Source: Camelus dromedarius (taxonomy: Eukaryota). From it: a DNA stretch of 64,000 nt. Below the pieces are notes generated by a model, which saw only the letters and a program-made list of their open reading frames with translations, ran no database searches and was not told the DNA's origin. The position numbers were made by a program, and so were the translations under genes. Of the stretch, positions 48,950 to 61,060 are shown one piece after another (the stretch's first letter is position 1; each line of letters begins with the position of its first letter). The stretch lies in contig NC_087437.1 of NCBI RefSeq assembly GCF_036321535.1, positions 34,102,001 to 34,166,000 of the forward strand, written 5' to 3'.

Positions 48950-50755
48950 AGGTATAAGTGTTAGGACTCATGATAAATTTTGCCAAATTTCATTTCAGAA
49001 AAATGGTACTGACTTATGTTCCTACCAGTCACAGTGATCATTTCATTATAAGCTCATCAGTACCAGTATTCTTGTTTTATCATCTTTTTTCCAACCAGGT
49101 AGACAAAGAGTGGCATTTCATTTTAACTGCATCTCTTTGATCATACGTGTATTGGGCAGTTTCCACATATTCACTAGCCATTCATGATCCTGATCATTTT
49201 TTCTGATCATTTTGTCTGTGTCCTTGGGAAATTTAGGGCAGCAATTGTGTGTAACATTTACTAGAAATAATTTTCCAGTTTGATAATTGCCTTTTCATTC
49301 ATTTTATTGCTTTTTTACATGTACACGCTCTTTTTAAATCTTGTTAGAGCTGTGTGTCTTTACCTTTGGGGTCCTTGCATTTGTTTTTAACCTTAGAGAG
49401 TCTCCCCTGATTCAGCAATTTGCATGTCTTCCAGTTTTTGTTTTTAACAGCCTGACATTTATAAAAGTTTGTTGTTCATATATTGGTATGTGTTATGATA
49501 TAAAATTTCCCCCCAACTAGCCAGCCACTTAGTTCAGTTTTGGAGTTTTAGCTCAGCCAACAAATAACATCCTTTCCCACTCATGAGTTAGAAACCAATA
49601 AAGAGATAGAGACATAATGCAGGCAGAGGTCTTCTTTATTCCTGAGTAAAGCTGATTAGAACGTGCAATTTTATCTGAAAAAGATAGTCTGTTAATACAC
49701 CTCATCCCTGAACTAAATGGCCTCAGTCGCCCACACCCAGGCCCTGCTAGACCCCAGCGCGTCCCCGAAGGTCGGGGGCAAGGGCTTCCTCAGCGATGGG
49801 CCAACAAGCTGAGCGCAGAGGGCACTCGGCTTCCCTGCGGCCCAGCAGGTCCAAGAGAGGAGGGGCCTGAGCCACTCACACTCTATTTCTTCTTCAAAAC
49901 TCATCAGCGAAGCATTTCCCTCCTCCTATCCTAGGGAGGAGAAAATGAGGGCTTGGGAGAGAAGGGGGACGTGTAACTCTAGTTGAAGACCCTGTGCACA
50001 GAAACCCACATTCAGGGCAGCTTCTCCCCATTCCTTCCTCCAACCGCGCCCCCCGCCCCCACCAGTAAACATCCAGCATCACGCACTGAGAATCCTTCAC
50101 TCCACCCTGTGTTGTGACATCGTTTCTCATCACTATATATATTCTCTGGGCTATTCCTGGCCTATCGATTCTGTTTCACTAAACTACACTAGCAGCAGAA
50201 ACAAACTGAAAACATCACTGTTCTTTTCTGCTGTCTTTTACCTTCTGGGAAAGCTAATCCCTCTAGCCACCCCCTTTTTTTTTTTCTCAAAGTGTATTAG
50301 TTACTATGGCCGGTTGTCCTCTGCCTGCACTTTGGAATGATTTTGTCATACTCTAAAAATAACCCTATTGGGATTCTGATTGGAGTTATATTATAACTAT
50401 AAATTAATTTGGTAGGAATTGACATTTTTGTAATATTCAGTTGTCCCATCCAAAAGCAGATTATGGTTCTATTTAATGAAGTCTTCTTTTATATCTTACA
50501 GTAAAATCTTGTCATTTACTCATATAAATCTTTCACATTTCTTGTTAAGTTATTCCTAGGTGTTTCATCTCTTTTGTTGCTATTGGGAATGCAATATTTT
50601 TTCCCATTTATGTTTCCCCACTGGTTATAGTTAGTAAATAGAGAACTCAGTAATTTTCAGATATTTACCTTAATATGTATGCATGTAGCTTTCATATATG
50701 AAATCATTCTTTTCACTCTTTTATTGTCAACACTTTCTTCCTTGGGCTTTCTAGA
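48950..50755 (-). mobile_element. Ancient L1 (ORF2/3' region), interrupted at about 49585-50100
   Basis: ATTGGGATTCTGATTGGAGTT...AATTGACATTTTTGTAATATT...TTATTCCTAGGTGTTTCA, reverse of L1 reverse-transcriptase-region motifs. Confidence 0.65.
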
Positions 50756-51299
50756 CCTAAGCTTTCCAGTTGGTGTGCTGCGTGCGGTCCACTGTGATGC
50801 CAAGGGTCGGACACTGGATGCTCTGTAAGATACCGACTGCCCAGGAGTCAAGGAAGGTCTGGTGTGTCCCGTGGAGCTAGTCACCTACAATCAAGATGCT
50901 CCTTGGAGGCTCAAGAGAGAGCCCTAAGCAGGGTACCTCTGACTGTGTGAGATCACTGAGCACCAGGCACAACCGGCCACATCCCACACAACTTGCTTTG
51001 TGGCAACCTGTTAAACCCGCCCACGGGGTGCCCTCCAGCCAGGATGGCCCCTCAGTGCCCCCATCACTGCCTTGTGGTCATGGGACCATGGAGCTGCTGG
51101 GTTTGGCACTAGGTGCGCATGGTGCTCAGTTCACAGCCCAAGGGGGCTCAGAGCAGGCACTCCACCATAGCAGCTTGGAATCGTGGTCCTGATGTACAGT
51201 AGACACTGCCATGTATTTGTGCTGGTGGATTCTTTTAGTGACATTCAAGCTTCTTGCAAGGTTACTGCTCCAGTAACACCTGCCTTTTCTTCACACTAG

Positions 51300-51872
51300 A
51301 GCTTCACCACTACTTTGAAGTACATGATCTGAAAAAGCTATATGGTTTTGAAAAAATCTATTTGCATCATCACAACAAATTTTAATATCACATTTGTCTA
51401 TGAAAGGATGAAAGATCTGTTATATTCTCTTGGCAACTATTATCAGTTTTAAAGATTAAAAAAATTAAGTGTTTCAAACTAGCAAATTGTATGAACAAAG
51501 TTTCTCATTCATGTTGACTAACAGAGATGATCATTAAAAAGTCAACACCAAGAAATGTTTATAACTCTTTCAGGCATATAACCTTGTATCAAAGTTATGT
51601 CCAGAGAAATAAGCTGAAATTTCTTGGTAAACAATTTGGGAATATTTTACATGGAAGTTTTACCATAAATTCAATATTGAATATCTTCCCTAATATATTA
51701 CATTTTATTTTTGTTATCATAATTATATAATATAATAAAAATACACTAAAATTCTGCCACCAAGCCACAGAAAATTGACTCCAAATTCCCTATGGTTTAT
51801 TCCAATATATCTTTCAGATATTAACATTTTCTTCACATGCCAAATGTGGAAAAGGGTTGAAAAATCACCGAT
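51300..51872. mobile_element. AT-rich segment ending in a hAT-Charlie-like terminus
   Basis: GGAAAAGGGTTGAAAAATCACCG resembles Charlie/MER5-type terminal repeats. Confidence 0.35.
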
Positions 51873-52444
51873 TTAGAACAGTGAACATATCATTTGCAGG
51901 TCACAACAATTACACATCCTTTTATAACAGACTTTTTATTTCTGTTAAGCCATTGCAACAACAAAAACTCCCACAAGAAAAAGAAAAAACACAGCAAAAA
52001 AGTCAAACAAAACACAACTATGGGTTTGACCCAGTCACTTCCTGTCCTCTCCAAGGCCATGTGCCATCAGCAATCCCATTTTTCTCCTGAATCATTAATC
52101 TCTTCCTCTCCTGGGCTCCTTCCCTTTGGCTTAAAAAACAGGATCAAATTCTCCATCGTAAGAAAGAAAGGAATATTCCATCAGCTTTGCATTCTCAAAT
52201 GAGTATTTTCTCTCTCACCTTCTTTTCACCACCAAACGTTGTCAAAAAATGTTTATGCCAACTTCTCCTTCCTCTGCCCTTCTTTACTTCTCAGTTCAAA
52301 ATAGTCAGGTTCCTGCTCTGGCCATGGTACCAACATCATCTCAGATGATCATCGCCTTCGTGCAAAACTCTGTAGTCTCTTTCCAGTCCTGACCGTCCTT
52401 GACATCTTCGCCGATCACTCTCTTTATCCTTTTTTAAAAGCTAT

Positions 52445-52640
52445 TATTTATTCAGCACTTCTTGCGGGTCAGGAATTGTGCTAAGTGCTTTATTTAGATT
52501 ACTAAATTCAATCCTCATGATAGCCGAATATCAGGTAGATCTGACTCTACCCATTTTACAGAGGAGGAAACCGAGACTCAGTAAGATAAGCAAAATTCCC
52601 CAAGATCCCACAATAAGTAAGAGGCAGTACTGGGCATTTG
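52445..52640 (-). mobile_element. MIR
   Basis: GTGCTAAGTGCTTTA...CCCATTTTACAGAGGAGGAAACCGAGACTCAG. Confidence 0.75.
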
Positions 52641-52689
52641 TATGTCCAAAATCTTTTCAATCCTTGATTGTCTTCTATGACAGTTTGTT

Positions 52690-53740
52690 TGCCTTGTTCT
52701 TTATTCTTATCCTGTATCTCTTTTACTCATTTTCAAGACTGGGGACATTTTCAGTCATTAATTCTTTTAAATATTTTTTTCTGAAGTTTCCTCCTGCTAC
52801 TCGTTTTCTGAGCTTCTAATGACCCGAACATTAGACCCTTTGTATCTCCCCACAGGAGCGAGAGAGGCTACGCTTTCTCTACTGTCGCCGAATCTTTTTT
52901 TCTCTGTTCACATTAGATAATTTCTATTGATTTGTCTTCAAATGTACTGACTCTTTCTCCTGTTATATTCATTCTGCTATTCAGTCCATCTGGAGACCTT
53001 TTTATTTTGGTTTTTGTATTTTTAGTTCAAAAATTCCCATCTGGTTCTTTTTATATCTTCCATTTCTTTGCTGAGACTTTCTAACTTTCCATTCATTTCA
53101 AGACTGCTTATCTTTACTTTTTGGAGCATTTCTATAATAGCTACTAAAAAGTTGTAATTCCAAAGTCTGTGTTATCTCAGTATTGGCATCTGTCATTTAT
53201 CTTTCCTCATGTGAGTTGACATTTTCCTGGTCCTTTGTATGATAAGTAATGTTGGATTGTACCTTTGATATTCTATTGTTATGTAATGAGACTTGGGATC
53301 TTGTTTAAATCTTATGAAGAATTTTGATATTTCTGTCTTAGGAGGCAGTTGATCTGGTTGGGGTCAGGTCACAAGTTCTGACTAGCCTTCTATGGCTTAT
53401 AGTTCTAATCACAGTTCAGTTTGCAAAGTCTTTGCACAGCTAGTGAGATCTGCGCCCTGTGTGTGCCATCCAGTGACCAGTGTGGGACCAGCATGGTGGT
53501 CTGTCCCATTGTTCAGTTCTCATAGTCTTTGGTAGCCTATTTAGGGTCAGGTCTACACATGTGCAGGTCAAGGGTGAGCCAGGGAGTTCATAAACAACTC
53601 GATGAGGTTGATTTCCTGAGCTCTTCTCTCTCTGTAATCTCCTGATACTTTTCAGCTCCCCTTTTCAGTCTGGGTGTTCAGTTACTCCCCTCTGCTGTGT
53701 ACTTCCCACAACATGGAGTATGCATTCCCAGACATAAGAT
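52690..53740 (-). mobile_element. Old L1 5'/ORF1-region remnant
   Basis: GGGGACATTTTCAGTCATTA...TTCTATTGATTTGTCTTCAA...TTTCCATTCATTTCAAGA. Confidence 0.6.
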
Positions 53741-53959
53741 ATGCACTCAGTAGGAGAGGGTCAATTAAGTGCCACGTCCACTCCTGGACCAAGAACAGTC
53801 AGCAGGGTGGGTCGCCTTGAGCTGATTGGCTTACACAATGAGGACACACTCCTCAGGGGCTGAGGATGGTTGACATTTGACAAAATCAGGCTCTGTCAAG
53901 AACAGGGACAGGGCTGTTGGGTAGACAATGAGTAGTGTCCAGACACTGCTTCTTTCTTC

Positions 53960-55090
53960 CTTTTTTCCCCCTAAACCACTAAATGTCAGCAGCACCCTCC
54001 CAATTGTTCAGGCTTAAAACCTCAGAGTTTGCATCCCCCCCTTGCTTATCCTGCCCAACCTCACCCTGTAAGCAGCCAGGCAAATGCTTAGTCTAAAGAT
54101 GCCCCCTCATCAAGGGCTCTTTCTTTGAGCCTCTCTGGTTTCCTTGCCTTGGATTTCCCCTCTCTGTGGTTAGCTTCCCAAAGCAGAGAGCAGCTGATCA
54201 TCAAACTCCTGCGGTCTACACAACAAAGTCCTCAGCTCTGTGATCAAGGCCTCCCTGCCTCTCCCCGTGCCTTTCCAGAAGTATCTAGGATGCATGGCCC
54301 AGGGTCCCACGACACCCCTCTGCCCCTGACACCTCACCAGCCACATTTGAGTAAAAGTCAGTCCTTAAACATACTCTGCACTTTCTGCCTTCTGTTCCAG
54401 CTGTGACCTCCTAAAAGACCCTTCCACCCAGTCACATCATTCAGAGCTCAGTTAGCATGCCGTGTTCTCCCTGAAGGCTCTGAGACCGGGTTAGAGTTAG
54501 GGTCAGGGTCAGGGTCAGCATTCATCTCCCTTTCCCCTTAGCTCTGTGGCCATCTCTGCTGTAGCTCTTGATCACAAAGTCCCTGCGTGGCACTGCTGTC
54601 TCCTTCACCAGAGCAGGAGCTACTTAAGATGCGAGACCATCTCTTGTTCTGCTTTGTGGCCCCCACAGTGTCTGGCCTGTACCTCAGACACAGTAGACGC
54701 TGAACACATGGCCGTTTCATTAGACTCAGCTAAATGGACTTGACTCTTTAGCCTCTGGTGTAACATTCTTGGGATCAAAGCAATTCAGAAAAATAACTTT
54801 CCCCTTCTAATAGGCTTCTGTGGGGGTGTTATTCAGAAAGGCATTTAATAGGAGAAATGACTCTCTCCCCAGTATAGCTGGGTGCTCACTTCTGTGCTGC
54901 CGTAGCTCCCTGTACTCCTCATTTTATATCATTCATCATTTTTCAATTACTTGGTCAGGATCTGCCCCCCCCTCGCCTCCTGCTTTCTTATCATTCTTTG
55001 AAGGCAGGGACTGATCTTTCTTTCTCCCTGCTGTATGTCTGATAGTTTCAGATTTGCAGAAAGCACTCACAAATATTTATTCCTTGAATG
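53960..55090 (+). mobile_element. L2 fragments
   Basis: CAATTGTTCAGGCTTAAAACC..., GTGTCTGGCCTGTA..., TTTGAAGGCAGGGACTG...CACTCACAAATATTTATT. Confidence 0.5.
54488..54517 (+). repeat. Five telomere-variant hexamers GGGTTA GAGTTA (GGGTCA)3
   Basis: Directly visible. Confidence 0.8.
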
Positions 55091-55429
55091 GAGCTGAATA
55101 ATTAAGAGCTACTGAAAAGAGGTAAACAGAGGTTTAAGTTCATTAGATAGCATTGCAAATTGCAGTGGTGAGAAATAAACTCAGATGTCTAGAATCCACT
55201 GAACAACAGAAAATAAGAAAACACCTTAAAATATAGTCTACCTTTACCAAGACAATCTTGACTTTTCCTTCTCTCGTTCTCTTTCTCCCTCTTTATTAAC
55301 TTCCTAAAGTCTTTCATTCTCCTTTCTTCTCCCTCCTTGTTTGTGCATGGGGATGGGGCTGCCAACTGTCTCCTCATTTCCACTCTCATCTTCTTACACG
55401 TGAACAGAGTTTTAGCACATCTTAAGGCC

Positions 55430-55740
55430 ACCTGGGAAGGTTGTTATTTCTTAGCTCCCCTTGAGACATGGTATAGCCATGTGACTAAGTTCTGGCCAGT
55501 GGGATGTAAGTAGAAGGATGCATGCAACTTGAGGGTCATGCCCTTGAGGGAAAGATGTTCACTTATCCCCTTCCCAACATCTGAAATGCAGGTGTGATGG
55601 CTGGAGCCAGAGCAGTCATGTTTGGCCACAAAGTAGAAGCTGCATGATAGGGTGTAGCAAGAAGATGAAAGAAGCCTGGATCCCTAACCCCATGTAGCCA
55701 CCAAACTCACCCTGGCTGCTTCTACCCACATTGTTAGAAA
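55430..55740 (+). mobile_element. MaLR LTR fragment (MLT1H/I-like)
   Basis: GCCATGTGACTAAGTTCTGGCCAGTGGGATGTAAGTAGAAG...GATGGCTGGAGC...GAAGCCTGGATCCCT. Confidence 0.7.
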
Positions 55741-56860
55741 AGTGATCTAGAGAAATATTTATTTTATTGATCTTTATGTCTAAAATAATACCAATATTTA
55801 CATGCTTAATAATATGATGCATGGCCATCTTTAAGGCCATTTTCTACAATAGGAAAAAAAAAAAAAAGGATAATGTTACCTTTGAAAAATCCTACACCCA
55901 TAGACCAATTCTGGCTTGGCTTGGCTTGGCTATTTACCATGTGACAACACTTCTGTCATCTGGAACCTACCTCCAGAAGAAAATGGCATGGTCTATGGGT
56001 ACAAGATATTTCATTCCCAAAGGAGAATGTATAACCATGAGGGAATTAATGCAAGCACAAGACAATAATGCAAGCATTTTATGTCTTGCTCTCTGTCATG
56101 AGAAATTATAATATTTTGTGATATTTCTATTGAAAAATAAAGTTGACCTTTCAGTGTCTTAAGTGAGAAAGGAAACATTATAACTGGATGTCTACTGAAA
56201 GCCATCTTGATTATAAGGAAGGGCTTAGGGGACTGTACCCATCTGGACTTTTGGGACAAAGGTAAAAAATCTAACAATAACATCACTGATTTATTTAACT
56301 TTACCTTGAGCAGAGAGCAAAAGGGATTCTGTTGAAAAAGCCCTTTAAATTATGTTTGTCTCTCAGAGTTCTGAATCTTTTATTCACTTCTCAATAAAAA
56401 GAATTAAATACTTAATTTATGGCCTAGCAAAGCAAGGGGGAATTATTGGCCAAGAATCCCCCTAAAACACTTAGGGTAAGTACCTAGATAGTATGCATTT
56501 TATTAATTTAGCTGCTGAGAACTTTGATTGCTTACTCATATTTATGTAACTTCTCAAACTTATTGGTGATGATAACTTTATATTTTGTATTTTAAGAAAA
56601 CAGTAGACTCTTGGCATTCTTAGATTTAACCTCATGGTTTCTGATATCCATGAAAAACTTTGGAAGTATACAGTATGATGTGATATTACATAATTGCTGC
56701 ATTCACGGAGGAAATTACGTCCCAGACTGATCCATTTGACAGTTCACAAAGGTCTGGGAACATTCAGGATCTCACCTCCCAGTATGATCACTACCCTCTC
56801 TCTTCAGCAGGAAGCTTGCCTGGTTCAACAGACTTTGTTCATCAAGAAATCTGAGGAAGA

Positions 56861-57015
56861 GGGGAAGGGTTTAGCTCAGCAGTAGAGCGTGTGCTTAGCA
56901 TGCACAAGGTCCTGGGTTCAATCTCCGGTACCTCCATCAGAATAAATAAACCTAATTACCCGCCCCCCAAGTAAATAAAAATAATTTTTAAATAAAGAAT
57001 TCATTTTAAAAAAAA
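56861..57015 (+). mobile_element. vic-1-like SINE
   Basis: tRNA-like head, AACCTAATTACC tail, TSD AAGAAATCTG (56844-56853 / 57016-57025). Confidence 0.9.
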
Positions 57016-58574
57016 AAGAAATCTGGAGACAGTGTCCTTCTAGAGTCTAGGCTAGTGGTGCTTAAAGGACCAAGAGAAGAGACTATTTCCCTTCAAAGCC
57101 CTTTTGTTAGTCCTTATTGATAAAATAGGTGTTAGTTACTGATCCCTCTTCCTTACAAACCAGTCCCTTGTTGAAGGGACAGAAAAAAATATTACTCGTA
57201 GATGTGCAGTTTGGCAGGAAGACTATCACTCAAGAGATGTCAAACGAGTAAGGCCCTTCCGAGTGGCTTCCTGGACTAGAAGCTCCCGTGTGTTCCCTGC
57301 TCCGTTCAAGAACCTAGCGCAGGGCCAAGTGCACAGCAGGTGCTCCACAAACACCTGTTAAATGAATAGCAAATAGATCGTGCGCATAATGCAAGGAAAC
57401 ATACAAAATACCTCCTGCCTTCAAAGAGTTTACCGGCCCTACGTTCACAATTCATAAATTAATAGAAATCAGTTTCCTAAGAAGCAAAGATCAGTACAGA
57501 TTTTAAGTACTGTGGTTTTTCTAGAAGATCATTCTCTAGGGTTTGGATGGAAAAGTTGAAGGTGAGATGGGCCTTAAGAGAAAGAGGAGGAAGAGAGGAA
57601 GGAATTCCAGAGACAAAGAAAGACAGGCATTAATGTGCCAAAGACCCTGGGCAGATGAAACGGCAGGAGAAGGGAGTGGTTGAGGATGAAGTTAGGAAAA
57701 GAAGCTGGACTGTGTGTGGAAGGCCCGGGACCACCGGCTGAGAGCCTGGACTCTGCTGTGGGTCACGGGGAGCCACTGTGGTTTGCTCCACTGGAAGGGA
57801 GAGAGAGGAGGGGGCAGGAAGACCTGATAGGGGGCAACTGCTATCTTGGCTGAGTGACCAGGGAAGAATCTAAATTAGGGAAATGGCGGGGTGCTGGAGA
57901 AAAGGAATTGTAACCCGAGAAGCACAGTGAAGCACCCCTGTGGGAGCGGGAGGTAAAGCTGCAGTACCTTTGCCTGGAATAGCAGCAGGTGAGTTAACCA
58001 CGGGCTGCTCTGACGCAGGGTGGACTAGAATAAACTCCAAAGTAGAAAAAACTTTTTTAACTTACCAAGCAGCTTTATTAGCTTTGTTTAAAATTTTTTT
58101 CAGAAATATACAAGTTCATTTATTTTAAAAAATACACAAAGTATACAGACACAAATAAAATTACTCCAAATCCCACTCCCACCCACCAAGAGAACTGTTA
58201 TTATTTTGGTGAATACTTCTCCTCACATTTTCTATGCACGGATACATACAAAGTATGACAGAATCTTATTAAGATGCAATCATTCCATATTTGCTGTTTC
58301 AGAGTCAATTTTCCTCACCCTCTAATCTGTCGGAAATATTTTTTCATATTGATAAATACTGATCTACATATAACAATGTCAACTAGTTTGCCTATATCAC
58401 AACATCCCACTAATGGGTATTTAGATTCTCACTCTGCATGTTACAATAAATCCTGTGATTAACCTAATTATGCATATCATTTCTCACCCGTATCTAAGAA
58501 GTTGAATCGGCAAGGTCAGAGGTATGTATCATTTTATGATTTGACACACATTCCCAAACTGCCCTCCAGTAAAG

Positions 58575-59130
58575 TACATTCATTCATTCATTTACTCAAT
58601 AACTACTTTTTGAACACCTACTATGTACCAAACTCTGTTCTATATGCTGGGAATACAATAGTGTATAAAATGGGCAAAGTCCAAATACCCTATCCTACTG
58701 TATAGCACAGGGAACTATATTCTAATACTGAACAGCAGACAATAAACAAACAACTAAACACATAATATATTGTCAAATAGTGGTAAATGCTAGGAAAGCA
58801 AAATAAAACTGAGGAGGGGCCTGGAGAGTCCCAAGGGGCAGTGGAGGGGTGGGAGAATAGAGTGTTTTATAGCCGATGGTGGGAAAGGGACTATGAGAAG
58901 GGACTGTGATCAGACATGTGAAAGCCACGGGAACAGTGGTACAGAGAAGGAACAGGAAGGGGGAAACACCAGACGTGGGAATACACCTGGCAACACACCT
59001 GGCGTGTTATGGCCAAAAAGCTGGTGTCTCTGGAGCAACTGAAACAAGAGGGAGAGTCATGGGAAACGTGGGCGGAGAGGTGGCCAGGTCAGACCAGAGA
59101 AGGATCAGACCAGCATGTGGAGAGATGTTC
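58575..59130 (-). mobile_element. L2 3' region containing a tiny L1 piece (about 58690-58725)
   Basis: CATTCATTCATTCATTTACTCAA...AACACCTACTATGTACCA; TACTGTATAGCACAGGGAACTATATTC. Confidence 0.65.
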
Positions 59131-59978
59131 CCATTGGTTACGATATTGGTCAAAGGGATCTGAGATTCTAGTCTGAGAATATTACAAAAGAGAAGGAGAA
59201 AGGTAGAACCAGCTTTAGTTGTATCTTACCACTTCTCAGTATTCTGTTCATTAGATACTGCCTAATGGACACTTGCATTCCTCCCCTGCAGCCCCGCTTT
59301 CCCACTTACAACTAGGGTCTGGCAAGGATGGAACACAGGTCAGACTACGTACATGGGAGGCGACTCAAGCTTTCCTTATGTTCATCATGCAGGTCTTATT
59401 ATGAGGTTTTGCCGTACCTCCTCACTTCAATCAGATTTGAAAGCTCCTTTTGCCAGCCTCTTACCTAAGCTGAGAGATTCTTGGCTCCCCTGATTGGAGA
59501 CCCTCTGTCATCTTTACAAAAACTCAGGCAGCCATGTGGGCTCATCATGGCTGACTTATATACTAACTTTCCCAAGACCTCCTAACACGGAATTTTTAAC
59601 ATGGAAGGTGGTCTATAAATGTTCCCTGGATAAACAAACGAATGTATTCACAACTTTTCTTTGAAGGTAACTTGACTTTGTAGGAGCTCTATTCTATTAT
59701 TTGGATTAAGCATCAGTTTCAGAGGATACATTGTGACCGCATTCTCCAACTCTGAGGCACTTTGATCCCAGCTCCCCGAGCCCCACCTTTGGGTGTCTCC
59801 TTACCATCTGCTGGGAAGGTCCAGGAGATTTAAATGCGCCCACAGAGAGTGCCTACAAACAGCGTTTAGGGCTAGGTTTGAGTAAACATAGGACTTCACT
59901 CTGCCCAAGGTATCTGCCTGCAATGACGATTTCTTCTGGAGTGGTATTTTAGAAGTTGCATGGCAAAAAATAAGACTA

Positions 59979-60168
59979 TGATAGAGTTACTAACTAATAT
60001 GTATAAAATAGATAAACAATAAGGTCCTTCTGTATAGCATAGAGAATTATACTCAATATCTTGTAATAACCTATAATGAAAAAGAATATATATGTATAAC
60101 TAAATCACTATGCTGTACACCAGAAATAAACACAACATTGTAAATCAAGTACTCTTCAATTAAAAAAA
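59979..60168 (+). mobile_element. L1 3' fragment
   Basis: GTATAAAATAGATAAACAATAAGGTCC...GCTGTACACCAGAAATAAACACAACATTGTAAATCAA plus A-run, flanked by AAGACTA duplicates. Confidence 0.88.
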
Positions 60169-60279
60169 AAGACTAACTTAGAGCAAAAGAAATTTTTTTT
60201 GTAATTAAAAGGAAAAAGGTGATTTTTCTGATGATGGAAATTGCAATGTTGGTTAATTTACTATTCTTTAGCTTACACA

Positions 60280-60830
60280 AAATTAATAACAGCATTTTCT
60301 TCTGATTATAAAAGTAATTTGTACTCATTCTAGAAAAAAATTTAAATATCAAAAAGCATAAAAGAGAAAATAAAAATTACCTGTAATCCATTATCCAGAG
60401 ATGGGCATTTTTGACATTTTGCTGGATTTCCTTCCATTTTAAACATAATTATGATCATAGTATACACATATAGTTTTATATCTCTTTTTCAACTAACAAC
60501 AAATTCTGAACATTTTCCCCAAAGTATGCTTTTTAATATTATTACTAAAAGATACATGACATTCCAGCTATGCCTTTGTCATAGTTTATATTATGTGCCT
60601 ATTACCATGAGGAGAGACCATTTTCAACCTATATTGTAAATTGTTATAAATAATGTTACAGTGAACATTTTTGTACAAGTCATTGTCTAAGTCTCTGATC
60701 GATGCCCTAAACTAGACCCTTAGAAGTGTAATTATGTGGTCAAAATATGTGGTATTTTTAAAGGCTTTAGATAAATATTTCAAAACTGCTTCCCCAAAAG
60801 GTTGTATTAATTTACACTTCCCTCCCACTA
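60280..60830 (-). mobile_element. L1ME-type remnant
   Basis: AAATTACCTGTAATCCA...ATAAATAATGTTACAGTGAACATTTTTGTAC...AAAGGTTGTATTAATTTACACTTCC. Confidence 0.6.
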
Positions 60831-60864
60831 CGCCTCATCCATCCCCCTCGCCCCACTCTATTTG

Positions 60865-61060
60865 AACAGAGTAGCAAAGACTTGCTGTGTTCAAATCTCA
60901 GCTCTCCAGTCTTAGGTAAATTATGAACCTCACTAAAGCTCGGTTTTCTCATCTGTAAATCAGGGCTAGTAATAGTATCTAACTCACAGGATTGCTGTGA
61001 GAATTAAATTAAATGATAATATAAAATTGCCTAGTACAGTCCTGGAACATAGCATGTAGC
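60865..61060 (+). mobile_element. MIR
   Basis: TTCAAATCTCAGCTCT...GGTTTTCTCATCTGTAAA...CTCACAGGATTGCTGTGAGAATTAAAT. Confidence 0.8.

Noticed and set aside
27320..58070. Isolated consensus splice donors (e.g. minus 27330, 27466, 28040, 58065; plus 44591, 56477, 57989)
   Set aside because: No convincing paired acceptor or reading frame, and this number is expected by chance in 64 kb
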